From positions 1 to 55,883 of the IMG/VR virus record IMGVR_UViG_3300020439_001829: a stretch of 55,883 bases of DNA. One strand, 5' to 3'. The stretch is from a virus. Lineage: Duplodnaviria > Caudoviricetes. The stretch's first letter is position 1; each line of letters begins with the position of its first letter. Below, piece by piece: positions 29,100-39,227 of this stretch. The position numbers and the translations under genes are program-made. The notes beneath the pieces are model-generated. The model saw only the letters and a program-made list of their open reading frames with translations. It was not told the origin of the DNA and did no database searches.

Positions 29100-31850
29100 T
29101 TAGAAATTAACAGTAACTCCAATGTTTGCATATCTTGGTGTTCCTAAGAATACCTCAGCGTTATGTGGAGCGTGTACTTTATCACCCCAACCATTGTATT
29201 TACTATTATCAACTGCATCTTGTATAAAGATATCATCAAGAGCATTGAAGATATGACCTGTTAAGGCAATATCGTATCCCTTGATAGGTAATTTATATGA
29301 TGCATGTAAATCAAGTTTTGAGTAACCTGGAGCTTCCCAAACTTGTGCTCTATCGGCATCACCCTCAACCTCACGAGATTCAGGTGACCAATCAGCGTAG
29401 TTTCTATCATATGTTTTGTATAGTGCCTGTAATCTTAAACCTTTAATTGGTTTGTATGTCAAACCTAAGATATAAGATGTTTGTGGCATATCACCAACAT
29501 ATAATCCGTCAAGTGCATAAGAGTATTCTGTAGTAGTTACACCAATTACTTGGTTATTATCATTATACTCTTGTTCTTGGTAAGTACCATCTGCATCACC
29601 ATCGAACTTCCAATTACCATATGAGGCAATAAAATCAAGTTCAATTTTATCAGTAGGTTTCACTTTTGTTTCAAGTTCTAACCCTTGATGTTTTTGGTTA
29701 ACACCTGTTAGGAAGATAATATCAGTATCACCTGATGAACCTTGACCTGTTTGTACAGATTTAGTAAGGTTTCTATCTTTCCAATCAGTGTCGTATGCAC
29801 TTACTCTCACACCAACTTTTTCAGTACCCCAATTTACACCAACCTCATTATGTAAGAATTTCTCATTATCTGGGTCGGTTGCAACGGTACCATCATAGTA
29901 GATAACATTATCTAATATTGGAGCCTTTTGAACATATCCACTATTAACGAATAGTCCAAGATTCTCATTTACATTATATAATGCACCACCTTTAACTTGG
30001 TATGTTGAGATTGGGTCTGCTTTAACATGATTATCAATTTCATTACCATTTTCATCTACATTAACCGCGAAATGGTCTTCGTATGAATATGTAATACTTG
30101 ATATTCCTGCCATACCATATAGATTTAATTTATCAGCAGTGTAATTGAATTGACCAAATCCACCAATCCAATCTACTGTGGTTTCATTATGATATGCAAT
30201 GATATCTCCGAGTTTTACTACTTTACCCTCTTCAAAATTATCATCTGCATAATCAACATAATAATCACCACCTAATAAATCACGAACTTCACGAGCGTGT
30301 TCTATACGAGCAGTTCTCCAATCAATACCTGTTTGTAATTCTAACTCATCATTAACTTTGTAATTTAGTTTAGAAATCAAACCATATGTATTCTGTCTGT
30401 TGATAGAGTTTCTCAAAATACCTGTTGAACGATTTTCTGATACTGAGAAGTTCTCATCGATGTTATCAGAATTCTGAGCAATTTCAGCATTCCAATCCCA
30501 CATCCACGGTGAACTTGCATACCATCTTTCTCCCTCAACTGCTGGTGTTCTTGATACACTACCATATGTACCAGTACCACCACCTGAACCACCACTCCAA
30601 TATGCGACAGATGATATTCCAATCTTATCGTTAATTGTTAAAAAGTGATTTAGGTTCACTAATGGTTTATGGAAGAAGTTTTCTCTTTCGTTCAAGAAGT
30701 TTTTAGAGAATCTGTCTGTTGTTCTTGCACCATACATATACCAATATTGTTTACCTGTATATGATGGGTCAACTGGTGCCCAATTCTGATTGTAAAATCT
30801 ACCAGCTTCAGTTTCGAATTTGTTACCATCTGCAAATGCATCGGTATCATATCCATCAATACTACCAGCTAACTCTTGTGAGTATGTAGCAATATTCTGT
30901 TTGTATAGATTTTGACCATGTCTTTGTGGAGCACCGACTGCATAAAGCTCGAACCTTTGGTCTTCACTTACTGCATAACTACCACCAAAGTAGTATGCCC
31001 AAGCATCAGTCCAAGTTCCATCGATTATTCCATCACCAGTTTTACGAACTATCGTTCCACTCAAAGCCAACTTGTCTCCAATTAGACCTGTGTTGTAATT
31101 GAAAGTAGTTTTAAGAAAACCACCTCCACCTGCTTCTTGTTTGAACTTTCCACCTTTCTCAAAAGATGTTGGGTCGGTTATGATATTCATTGTTCCACCG
31201 ATTGATGGTGTTGCTAGGTTTACTGCTGATAGTCCTCTTTGAACCTGAATAGATGATGTAGCATCTCCTACTCCGTCCCAGTTAGACCAGTATACCCAAC
31301 CATTTTCCATATCATTTTGTGGAACTCCGTTTATCATCACTGCAACATTTCTTTGATTAAAACCACGAATGTTGATACGAGCATCACCCGCACCACCACC
31401 TTGTTGAGTTGCATATACACTTGGTGTTGTGTTAAGAATCATTGGAATATCTTGAGAACCAAGACGAATTTCCATTTCTTCTTTACTAACATTAGTGTAT
31501 GCAACAGGTGTTGTTTCAGATGCACGAGATGCTAACACCTCAACATCTGATAGTCCCAAGTAACTAAGTTCTAATACGAAGTTAACACTTGAAACTATAT
31601 CTTCAACAACTACTGATTTAGTTACTGAAGAAAACCCTATGAAAGAAGCAGTTACATCATATGTACCTGATGGAACATCGATTTTAAAAGCACCATCTTT
31701 ATCAGATACTCCTCCTAATTCAGTTCCTACAACTACGATATTAGCTCCCTCAAGTGGTTGTGAGTCAACATCAGTAATAACTCCAACTAAAGATTGTGCG
31801 AACAATCCCGTCATCATCAATACTGATGCAATAAGATTACGATATTTCAT
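29100..31850 (-). CDS. TonB-dependent outer membrane receptor with N-terminal carboxypeptidase-regulatory-like domain
   Basis: Signal peptide MKYRNLIASVLMMTGLFA, PLEGANI...FIGF domain, plug motifs INIRGF, INGVP, IQVQRG and GGTMNII, and C-terminal ...VTVNF. AAGGAG RBS before ATG 31850. Confidence 0.92.
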   Translation of the reverse strand: MKYRNLIASVLMMTGLFAQSLVGVITDVDSQPLEGANIVVVGTELGGVSDKDGAFKIDVPSGTYDVTASFIGFSSVTKSVVVEDIVSSVNFVLELSYLGLSDVEVLASRASETTPVAYTNVSKEEMEIRLGSQDIPMILNTTPSVYATQQGGGAGDARINIRGFNQRNVAVMINGVPQNDMENGWVYWSNWDGVGDATSSIQVQRGLSAVNLATPSIGGTMNIITDPTSFEKGGKFKQEAGGGGFLKTTFNYNTGLIGDKLALSGTIVRKTGDGIIDGTWTDAWAYYFGGSYAVSEDQRFELYAVGAPQRHGQNLYKQNIATYSQELAGSIDGYDTDAFADGNKFETEAGRFYNQNWAPVDPSYTGKQYWYMYGARTTDRFSKNFLNERENFFHKPLVNLNHFLTINDKIGISSVAYWSGGSGGGTGTYGSVSRTPAVEGERWYASSPWMWDWNAEIAQNSDNIDENFSVSENRSTGILRNSINRQNTYGLISKLNYKVNDELELQTGIDWRTARIEHAREVRDLLGGDYYVDYADDNFEEGKVVKLGDIIAYHNETTVDWIGGFGQFNYTADKLNLYGMAGISSITYSYEDHFAVNVDENGNEIDNHVKADPISTYQVKGGALYNVNENLGLFVNSGYVQKAPILDNVIYYDGTVATDPDNEKFLHNEVGVNWGTEKVGVRVSAYDTDWKDRNLTKSVQTGQGSSGDTDIIFLTGVNQKHQGLELETKVKPTDKIELDFIASYGNWKFDGDADGTYQEQEYNDNNQVIGVTTTEYSYALDGLYVGDMPQTSYILGLTYKPIKGLRLQALYKTYDRNYADWSPESREVEGDADRAQVWEAPGYSKLDLHASYKLPIKGYDIALTGHIFNALDDIFIQDAVDNSKYNGWGDKVHAPHNAEVFLGTPRYANIGVTVNF

Positions 31851-31879
31851 AATCATCTCCTTGTTGTTTACTTGTGAAT

Positions 31880-31913
31880 GACACATTTTTATCCTGGTGT
31901 GTCGCCTGCCAGG
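31880..31913 (-). promoter_or_regulatory. Candidate H-type RNA pseudoknot in the TonB receptor leader
   Basis: CCUGG-CAGGC-GACACA-CCAGG-AUAAAAA-UGUGUC gives two perfect interleaved stems (5 bp and 6 bp). Confidence 0.6.
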
Positions 31914-31927
31914 GTATGTGAAAGTCT

Positions 31928-33955
31928 TTAACCATTCGTATACTCTTGGTCATCGTTATCACCTGCGGTCGGTGTGATTTCTTCTATATCACAAAAATCA
32001 CCATCACAGAATTTCTCAACATTTGCCTCTTCTGCTTTGATTACACCGAATGATAACTTCCCAAGTTTTTTAATCTGTTTATTATATTCTTTCTCATCTA
32101 TTGCCTCATATGGCATTTGTGGATATGCACCCCAATCATGTCTTGGTAGTAGTGATATACCCTTTAGATGATATTGATAATAATTCAACACATTTGGTAT
32201 CTGTTCACCCTCTGTTTCAGGATTAAATGTAACCGTACAACTAACTTGGTTATCTGCCCAATGTCTTTGTAGGAAAGCAGCGAGTGAGAATTGTTCCCAT
32301 ATACTCAACTCTTCAGCAGTTCTGATTCCCTCACCTACATCAACTGGTATCTCAACAACTAATGTGGAATCTTCAGAACCAAAAGCAGGTTCGATTTTAT
32401 AACCTGCTTTTTTCAATGGTTCTACTAAATCCGAATTAATTGATAACCTAATTCTTCTAATATAAAATCTTGATTCTGGATAATGAAGACCAGGTGTTGC
32501 TCCAGCCAATAATGATACTGTACCACTTGGTTTGACTGATGTCGTTTTAATCGATTTTGGAACTGCAAACCAATCCGAATATATCTTATCCCACTCTTGG
32601 ATTGTATCATAACCACCTTCTAACCAATTTCTGAATTCGTGTAACCCACGATTAGTAATAAACTGAGCAACACCACTTACACTACAACCGATTCTACGAT
32701 TTCTTAACATCACTCTGTTTGTATCACTCCAATGTGTTCTACCAAGAGTTACTGTCTTAGCATAAAGGTATGCATATTTTAAGGTTCTTTGATAGTCTTC
32801 TAATGAATCATGGTTTGCTGGAAAGGTTTCTACTAAACAACATAATTCATATGATTCTAATGATTGTTCCAAACATGGATTACCACCCATTACTCTATGG
32901 TCTTTATCATCACCACCATTTTTCATTCTTGAATAGTGTCTCATATTATCTAACCATGCAAAACCTGGTTCACCATTATCAACAATTCTTTTTGCTGCCT
33001 CAGTATAATCCATACCAAGTTCTGCAAATATACTATTGTTTGATGTCCACCCATATTGTTCTCTATGTGGATTAACCTTATAGTTTTTTAAATCTAAATA
33101 TTCATCTGAATGTGGGTCTCCAAATACAATCTCAGCAGTTCTTCTAACATTACCTGCCACAACACATTTACCAATTAGATTCATAATATCTACAATGGTT
33201 GTGATTGTGATTGGATTACCACTATTACCATCTAATACTTTTCTAATATCTCCATGAACCTCTTCTAATGGTTCTGGTCCACTTGATACTCCACCAAAAC
33301 CTTTAATTGGTTCTCCTGCCAATCTGATTTTACTATAATCAAATTTAACTGGTGCCTGACCATGAAAATAACTTTCTAATAATAATCTTAGAGATTCTAC
33401 CCAACCCTCACGAGTATCTGGTATTTCATAAACTTGTTCTTCTCTATTTTCATCAACACCTTTAACAATTATTTCCCCCGCTCCTTTGGTATCAAATCCT
33501 ACTCCAACACCCAACATACTTGCATCCATAAGGAAACAGAAAGGTTTTGAATAATCTTCTTTGATTGTTTTAGTGGATACGAATGCACAATTGTTTAGTG
33601 CTGCATATAATCCTTTTTCTTCTGTGATTGGTGTTCCCATTGCCCACAAACCACGACCTGGTGGTAAGAATTTCATGTTAAAAATTCTATCATACATATC
33701 TTGAGCACTCTTTTGTGCCTGCCATGGATTCCAACCTAACTGATGTGATTCAATATGATTCATTTGCATAGAGTAAGTTCCCTCTACAACCCTTTGAACA
33801 GTCTCCCACCATCTCTCATTTTTTCCATCTTCTTTAATTCTTGAATAGGTTCTCATGTAAACCAATTCACCTAACCCATTGAAACCGAATGGTGCCTTTT
33901 TTCTTTTGTACTTCGATATGAAGTTTTCTGATAACTTAAATTTATGTTCTCCCAT
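31928..33955 (-). CDS. nrdJ: Class II (adenosylcobalamin-dependent) ribonucleoside-triphosphate reductase
   Basis: RTYSR, PPGRGLW, LNNC, GNVRRTAE, NPCLEQSLESYELCCL and VKPSGTVS motifs, plus C-terminal CDGDFC. Confidence 0.93.
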   Translation of the reverse strand: MGEHKFKLSENFISKYKRKKAPFGFNGLGELVYMRTYSRIKEDGKNERWWETVQRVVEGTYSMQMNHIESHQLGWNPWQAQKSAQDMYDRIFNMKFLPPGRGLWAMGTPITEEKGLYAALNNCAFVSTKTIKEDYSKPFCFLMDASMLGVGVGFDTKGAGEIIVKGVDENREEQVYEIPDTREGWVESLRLLLESYFHGQAPVKFDYSKIRLAGEPIKGFGGVSSGPEPLEEVHGDIRKVLDGNSGNPITITTIVDIMNLIGKCVVAGNVRRTAEIVFGDPHSDEYLDLKNYKVNPHREQYGWTSNNSIFAELGMDYTEAAKRIVDNGEPGFAWLDNMRHYSRMKNGGDDKDHRVMGGNPCLEQSLESYELCCLVETFPANHDSLEDYQRTLKYAYLYAKTVTLGRTHWSDTNRVMLRNRRIGCSVSGVAQFITNRGLHEFRNWLEGGYDTIQEWDKIYSDWFAVPKSIKTTSVKPSGTVSLLAGATPGLHYPESRFYIRRIRLSINSDLVEPLKKAGYKIEPAFGSEDSTLVVEIPVDVGEGIRTAEELSIWEQFSLAAFLQRHWADNQVSCTVTFNPETEGEQIPNVLNYYQYHLKGISLLPRHDWGAYPQMPYEAIDEKEYNKQIKKLGKLSFGVIKAEEANVEKFCDGDFCDIEEITPTAGDNDDQEYTNG

Positions 33956-34073
33956 TTTGAAACTAACTCCTTATGTTTGTATTTGCATTCCTATTATATG
34001 TATGATATATATAGTGGAATATTAACGAATATATATAATTTTTTAGAAGTTTAAAAAGATTTTCTTCGAAGTT

Positions 34074-35435
34074 TTATTCAAACCCCTCACCATCAAAATC
34101 TTTCTTCTTCTGTGCCAAGGTTTTTCTAATATATTCGTCTGCATTATTCATTTTACCTTGTACTTCTTTTCCGCCTTGAGTGTTGGTTTCATAAATCTGA
34201 ATGAAACCTGTATTGGTGTTTATGGTTGCTGGAAAGGTTATTCCATCTGGTCCAAATCTATTTTTGATAACATGAAAACGACCTGTGTTTGCTATTTTAT
34301 CTTCTACTTTTCTACTCATACTCATAACAAAATCTGCTGTCATCACTTTACTATAATCTTCACTAACCTTCTCCGCACCAATCACATCCTCTTCAAGAGC
34401 AGAACGATTTGCCTGAGATGCTGTCCATACTGGAACCTCAAACTCACCTGCCATACCTCTTAACTCCTCATAAATATGTCCTAACTGATGTCGTTTTTCG
34501 TTAAAGTGTTGAGTGGATTTCATAATATCTGCATAATCCACAATCACCATATCTGGTTTAATACCTCTCATCTCACATTGTTGTAAATGTGCTGCAATAG
34601 TATTTACACTCGCGGTTCTTGTTGGATAATATTTTATTATCAACTCACCCTTTAACTTTGAAATTTTTTGTTGTACTTCTTCTTTATAATATTGTAAGTT
34701 ACCTGTTGGTTGTCCACTTACTATTGTATCATATCTTAATCCTACATACTGAGCATTTAACTCTAATGTATAATGAACCACAGTCTTACCTGTCTTAACT
34801 GCATGGGCACCTAATGCCTGAAGTGTCCAAGATTTACCAATACCTGCTGGAGCAACTATAACTCCAAGTTCACCACCTGCCAATCCACCATCCATCAAAT
34901 CATTTACACTATCCCATTGTGTTGGTAAACATTCTCGTGTTTGTTTAGTTAATCTCTCTTCCAAACCTGTAATGTATTCGTGTCCTATATCAGTTTCTAC
35001 ACCTGCCTTCATCGCATCATCTATAATTGTTTTTATCTCATCATAATTTTGTTGTTCTAATAATTCAACTGATTGCATGATTGCATTCTTTACAACTTGA
35101 TTCTTACAAAACTCAAGAGATTTCTCTTTTACAAAATCTAAATCTGGTGATTCTCTATGTTGCCAGGCACCTCTTAAACTATCCACTATAGATGTTTTTA
35201 ATATATCATTATCTACCTCATCAACCATAACCTTTAAGGCTTCCATTGTTGGTGTGGTTTTATATTTTTTGAAATAATCCTTGATGGATTTTATTAAGAA
35301 TTTATTACTATCTGAATCGAAATAATTTATCTCTAAGATATCTAAAATTGTTTTGGTATACTTAACATCTGTAATCAAAGATGTAAGCATCTTACTCTGA
35401 AAATTTGTTCCGTATTGTGTTAAAGTTTCACTCAT
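34074..35435 (-). CDS. Replicative DnaB/gp41-like helicase
   Basis: APAGIGKS, TLE, VDYAD, WTASQANR and KNRFG motifs. Confidence 0.93.
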   Translation of the reverse strand: MSETLTQYGTNFQSKMLTSLITDVKYTKTILDILEINYFDSDSNKFLIKSIKDYFKKYKTTPTMEALKVMVDEVDNDILKTSIVDSLRGAWQHRESPDLDFVKEKSLEFCKNQVVKNAIMQSVELLEQQNYDEIKTIIDDAMKAGVETDIGHEYITGLEERLTKQTRECLPTQWDSVNDLMDGGLAGGELGVIVAPAGIGKSWTLQALGAHAVKTGKTVVHYTLELNAQYVGLRYDTIVSGQPTGNLQYYKEEVQQKISKLKGELIIKYYPTRTASVNTIAAHLQQCEMRGIKPDMVIVDYADIMKSTQHFNEKRHQLGHIYEELRGMAGEFEVPVWTASQANRSALEEDVIGAEKVSEDYSKVMTADFVMSMSRKVEDKIANTGRFHVIKNRFGPDGITFPATINTNTGFIQIYETNTQGGKEVQGKMNNADEYIRKTLAQKKKDFDGEGFE

Positions 35436-35447
35436 TATAACCTTATA

Positions 35448-35636
35448 TTAAGTATCAAGATTGCCATATAAATCTTGAATTTTTTTATCATAAAAATCAC
35501 TTTTTTTCTTATCACGATATCTCTGTCTTGCCTTTGCTCTTATCTCTTCAGCATTTCTTTTATAATGTTCCATTTGCCACTTTCGTTGAGCATCTCGTCT
35601 TTCTTTATCGGTGAAGTATTTTCTTTTTCTACCCAT
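35448..35636 (-). CDS. Small basic helical protein
   Basis: MGRKRKY..., R/K-rich; overlaps the rnh stop. Confidence 0.55.
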   Translation of the reverse strand: MGRKRKYFTDKERRDAQRKWQMEHYKRNAEEIRAKARQRYRDKKKSDFYDKKIQDLYGNLDT

Positions 35637-36696
35637 GAGATTTCTCCGCCATTTGGTTTAATCTGTTAAATGTTTGATGTAACCAACTATCAAGATTAGG
35701 TAGGGCAGTGTACATTTTATCTTCCAAGAACATTCGTTGAAACTTATGTTTAACCATTCTTTGTATTGGTTTCTCAACTAAATCTTGAATCTTTAATTTA
35801 CTACTACCTGATATATTTAAATCATCTAAATCCATTAGTTTTTTATTTAGGAATAATTTATCCTTATCATTTACTATTGTTTCACATAGTTTAAATTGTT
35901 TCTTTTTTGCATCTGAACTTTTCAATAAATCTTCTATTGAATGTTTGTGTGGTGAACCGAGCCAAGGAAATAATTTCAATAATGTTTTTTGTCCTGCACC
36001 CTTTACACCTGGAATCCCATCTGATTTATCACCATCTAATATTCTGTATAGTAAGAAATTAGCTGCGTTGATTCCATACTCATCTAATATTCTATCTTCA
36101 TCATACATTTTCTTTTTTGTTGGTGACCATACTTTGATTCTATCATCCACTAACTGAAGAAAATCTTTATCGGTTGACATGATAGTACAATTCTTTTTAA
36201 AGATATGTTTTGCACTATAACCAATAACATCATCGGCCTCAATGTTATCCATTGTGGTTATGGTTAATGGTAAACATTCAAGATACTCTATTACTCGATT
36301 CAACTGAGCAATCATCATCTTGTGTTCTTCTTCTCTTGTAAGAGAAATATCAGTATGACGATTTAGCCGTAATGACATTTTTCTTCCTGCCTTATATTCA
36401 GGAAATATTTTTCTACGGCGGTTAGACCCACCTTTACCATCAAATACAATAATGGTTCGAGTAGGTCTAACCATATTTATAGTGTAACCAATTGACCTTA
36501 AAAAACCTACTATTCCACCAATGTGAATACCATCCTCATTAGTAGTAGGTATCGCGGTGAACACTCTAATAAAAGTATTCAGTCCGTCTATTAATAAAAC
36601 CGAGTCGTTTGGTTCACCACTATCTATTTTACCGCCAGATTTCTTAATCTCTTCAAGTATAGATAAGTGTTTCTTGTTAATCACCGAGAACCTCAT
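35629..36696 (-). CDS. 5'-3' exonuclease / T4 RNase H-like flap nuclease
   Basis: LIDGLN, FDG, YKAGR, EADD, DKDFLQL and GDKSDGIPGVKG motifs. Confidence 0.93.
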   Translation of the reverse strand: MRFSVINKKHLSILEEIKKSGGKIDSGEPNDSVLLIDGLNTFIRVFTAIPTTNEDGIHIGGIVGFLRSIGYTINMVRPTRTIIVFDGKGGSNRRRKIFPEYKAGRKMSLRLNRHTDISLTREEEHKMMIAQLNRVIEYLECLPLTITTMDNIEADDVIGYSAKHIFKKNCTIMSTDKDFLQLVDDRIKVWSPTKKKMYDEDRILDEYGINAANFLLYRILDGDKSDGIPGVKGAGQKTLLKLFPWLGSPHKHSIEDLLKSSDAKKKQFKLCETIVNDKDKLFLNKKLMDLDDLNISGSSKLKIQDLVEKPIQRMVKHKFQRMFLEDKMYTALPNLDSWLHQTFNRLNQMAEKSHG

Positions 36697-37777
36697 CTGT
36701 GAATTCTACATCATCAATACCAAGTTTCTCTTTGTATTTTAATATAACCTTATCACAAATGATTTCATATACATACTCTCTTAACTCGTCATTTTCAGTA
36801 ATTAAATCTTCCCAATCTTTTGATAGGAACTTATGGTCTTTACCATTCTGGTCTGTAAGAGTGTACCATGCACCACCTGTCTTTACTAACTTGTGTTCTT
36901 TCAACACAGTCAACCATGCACCATAGTTATCAATACCTCTATCGAAGTACATATCATAATCTGCATGTCGTAAAGGTGGGCCTAAACGATTCTTAACAAT
37001 CTGTGCTCTACATTTCATACCCAATACATTTTTACCTGTATCTTTTATCTGTCCCATGTTCTTTAATCGAATACGAGTAGATGCGTGAAATGGTAATGCC
37101 TTTCCACCACTTGTTGTCCAAGGGTCTCCAAACATCACACCTAATTTTTGTCTTAACTGATTAGTAAACACTAATGCAACTTTTTGTCTACCAATCATTT
37201 GAGTAATCTTTCTCATTGCCTTTGATATAATGATTGCCTTTGCAGTTGCCCAACCATCTTTATCAAAATCAGCTTCTAACTCTACTTTCGTAGTAGCAGC
37301 AGCAAGTGAATCTACAAGAATAGTTACTAACCTATCTTTATCTGATTCTCTTACTTTAGTTACGATTTCTTCAATCGCTTCAAAGATATCTTCTACAGTC
37401 TCTAAATGTAGATACAACATCTTACTCATATCAATTCCAATCACATCCATGAACTCTTGAGAAACAGAAGTCTCAGTATCTATGTATACTGCAACTCCAC
37501 CTTTCTTTTGAGTTTCTGCAAGGATATGAGCACCAAGTAGAGATTTTCCACTTGATTCTAAACCATTGATTTCAGTAATTCTACCAACTGCAATACCACC
37601 ATTAGGTTTATTTGATATTGCCAAATCTAACATAGAACTACCTGTGGATATAAAATCCTTAATATCAGTAGGTGTTGAATCACTTCCGTCAAGAAAGTAT
37701 GCAACTTTTGTATCTTTGAACTTTTTATTTAAACTATCGGCCAGAGTATCGGCCAACACATCGTTTACTGATGCCAT
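36677..37777 (-). CDS. recA: RecA/UvsX recombinase
   Basis: GLESSGKS, IDTE, VDSLAA, NQLR and TTSGGKAL motifs. Confidence 0.93.
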   Translation of the reverse strand: MASVNDVLADTLADSLNKKFKDTKVAYFLDGSDSTPTDIKDFISTGSSMLDLAISNKPNGGIAVGRITEINGLESSGKSLLGAHILAETQKKGGVAVYIDTETSVSQEFMDVIGIDMSKMLYLHLETVEDIFEAIEEIVTKVRESDKDRLVTILVDSLAAATTKVELEADFDKDGWATAKAIIISKAMRKITQMIGRQKVALVFTNQLRQKLGVMFGDPWTTSGGKALPFHASTRIRLKNMGQIKDTGKNVLGMKCRAQIVKNRLGPPLRHADYDMYFDRGIDNYGAWLTVLKEHKLVKTGGAWYTLTDQNGKDHKFLSKDWEDLITENDELREYVYEIICDKVILKYKEKLGIDDVEFTDEVLGD

Positions 37778-37797
37778 CCTAATCTCCTAAGTTAATA

Positions 37798-37824
37798 ATG
37801 GGAGCCACAATATATGACTCCCAT
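37798..37824 (-). terminator. Hairpin terminator or stabiliser after the SSB gene
   Basis: AUGGGAGUCA-N7-UGGCUCCCAU followed by UAUU. Confidence 0.55.
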
Positions 37825-37838
37825 ATATTTGTTATTAT

Positions 37839-38594
37839 CTACGAATTGAATAATTCATCAAAGGCATCACCAGTATTACTTACTGATTTTGCACTTGAGA
37901 TTTCTGAAGCAGAAACACTTTCAGTTTCTTCCTCTTTAGATTCCTCTTCGTTTGGATTTAACCATTCATTCAGAACTTCTGTCAAGTCTTCATAAGATAG
38001 TTCTTGATAGATTTCCTTAATGTCTTGTTGAGTTTTAACTCTTTCAAGAACTTCAGGTTCATCTGAAATAGGTGTTTGATTAGGTTTTACACGAATGTTA
38101 GTTTTTGGAAAACTAGCACCACTTTCTTCAGCAGTGATAAATTCTACAACTACATCTCTTCCATTGACTGGGTCTGTGATATCACCATAGTCTGGGTCTG
38201 CGATAATTGATAATAGTTCTTGATAAACTGTTTTACCAAAGCCCCAAAACTTAACACCTTGAGATTCTTCTCCTCTAACTACTACTGGAGCAAAAGTTCT
38301 CATTTTTGCCTCAAGTTTTCTTGACAACTGATAATCTTCTTTACTACCTGAACCTTTTAGTTTTTGAGCAAACTCTTCGATAGGGTCTGGTCTACCAAAA
38401 GATATTGGTGATAAATAAGAACGGTTGTTCAAATTGTAGTGAAAGAATAATTCAATAAAAGGATTATCTTTATTGAAAGCGTAAGGAACGATTCGAATCT
38501 GAGTTTTACCTGGTTGTGGTTTCCAAAGACTGGAAGTACGATTGTTTGTGGTCTGTAACTGATTTAATCGTTTTTTAATTGCGTTTAAGTCCAT
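37839..38594 (-). CDS. Single-stranded DNA-binding protein (T4 gp32-like)
   Basis: WKP...IRIVP, FHY, FWGFGKTVY and DITDPVNGRD motifs; acidic tail ending AFDELFNS. Confidence 0.88.
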   Translation of the reverse strand: MDLNAIKKRLNQLQTTNNRTSSLWKPQPGKTQIRIVPYAFNKDNPFIELFFHYNLNNRSYLSPISFGRPDPIEEFAQKLKGSGSKEDYQLSRKLEAKMRTFAPVVVRGEESQGVKFWGFGKTVYQELLSIIADPDYGDITDPVNGRDVVVEFITAEESGASFPKTNIRVKPNQTPISDEPEVLERVKTQQDIKEIYQELSYEDLTEVLNEWLNPNEEESKEEETESVSASEISSAKSVSNTGDAFDELFNS

Positions 38595-38658
38595 TATTAA
38601 CTCCTCATTGTTTATGTTTATTTGTCATTTATTATTGGTATCATTTCTCGATACAGTA

Positions 38659-38685
38659 ATAAGTATAACCTTTGTTAGTAAAAAT
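38659..38685 (-). promoter_or_regulatory. Phage-specific promoter motif
   Basis: ATTTT-N15-TACTTAT upstream of ssb. Confidence 0.55.
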
Positions 38686-38712
38686 GTAATCTTTTTTCAT
38701 TATTTTAAAAAT

Positions 38713-38780
38713 AAAAAATGGCCATCTTGTTTTTAAGTTTGTAAGTATAGTGGAAACTAAAAATCGTGTGGCCATTTTTT
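38713..38780 (-). terminator. Long hairpin with U-tract downstream of the candidate ncRNA
   Basis: AAAAAATGGCCA...TGGCCATTTTTT outer stem plus inner TTTTTAGTTT/AAACTTAAAAA pairing, then ATTTTT. Confidence 0.6.
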
Positions 38781-38789
38781 AAATATTTA

Positions 38790-39203
38790 AATTGGAAATC
38801 TTGGGGATGTGAGATTAACGATTACTCACAACTTGAAGCTCTGATTTATTATACCTTGTACCTAACATCTTTCAGTTACGAAAGTGATTCTCAGAATGGT
38901 TAGTTCCATTGAATCGAGTACAACCTCTATGCCATTGCCTTAACTCTCAGAGTTTAGTTTAATTCAGCCATAAAGTGGGATTTCAGTTTTACCCTTACCC
39001 ACAACAAGGTCAACAGAATCGTTCTGTTATTTTTTCTTCAAGTACATTAGATTATTGATGTCTCAACTACCGAAATGATTTACACCTAAGTAGGTTCACC
39101 ACGAACTAATCATGGATTGCTTTATGGGCTTCCGAAGTGTACCCATTATTCAGCCAATCCCATACAGAGTTAATTACTCTCTGTACTTTCCGATTTCTCA
39201 ATT
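38790..39203 (-). ncRNA. Candidate large structured non-coding RNA (~414 nt), family unassigned
   Basis: No ORF of 60 aa or more on either strand. The ends pair, and there are more than 10 nested helices and repeated loop motifs. Promoter and boxA lie upstream, a terminator downstream. Confidence 0.75.
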
Positions 39204-39213
39204 GTCAAAGAAC
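39203..39213 (-). promoter_or_regulatory. boxA-like antitermination element
   Basis: GTTCTTTGACA between the promoter and the ncRNA 5' stem (cf. rrn boxA GCTCTTTAACA). Confidence 0.55.
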
Positions 39214-39227
39214 TTAATCTTACATAT

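Noticed and set aside
31860-31927. Cobalamin or TPP riboswitch ahead of the TonB receptor
   Set aside because: The intergenic space is too short for a typical element, and no B12-box or CUGAGA motif is present on the coding strand.
38790-39203. Structured region as tRNA, tmRNA, RNase P RNA or a group I/II intron
   Set aside because: No cloverleaf/T-loop or CCA end, no GAGGAAAGUCC P4 motif, no group II domain V, and it does not interrupt a gene. Judged by eye; a covariance search is still needed.
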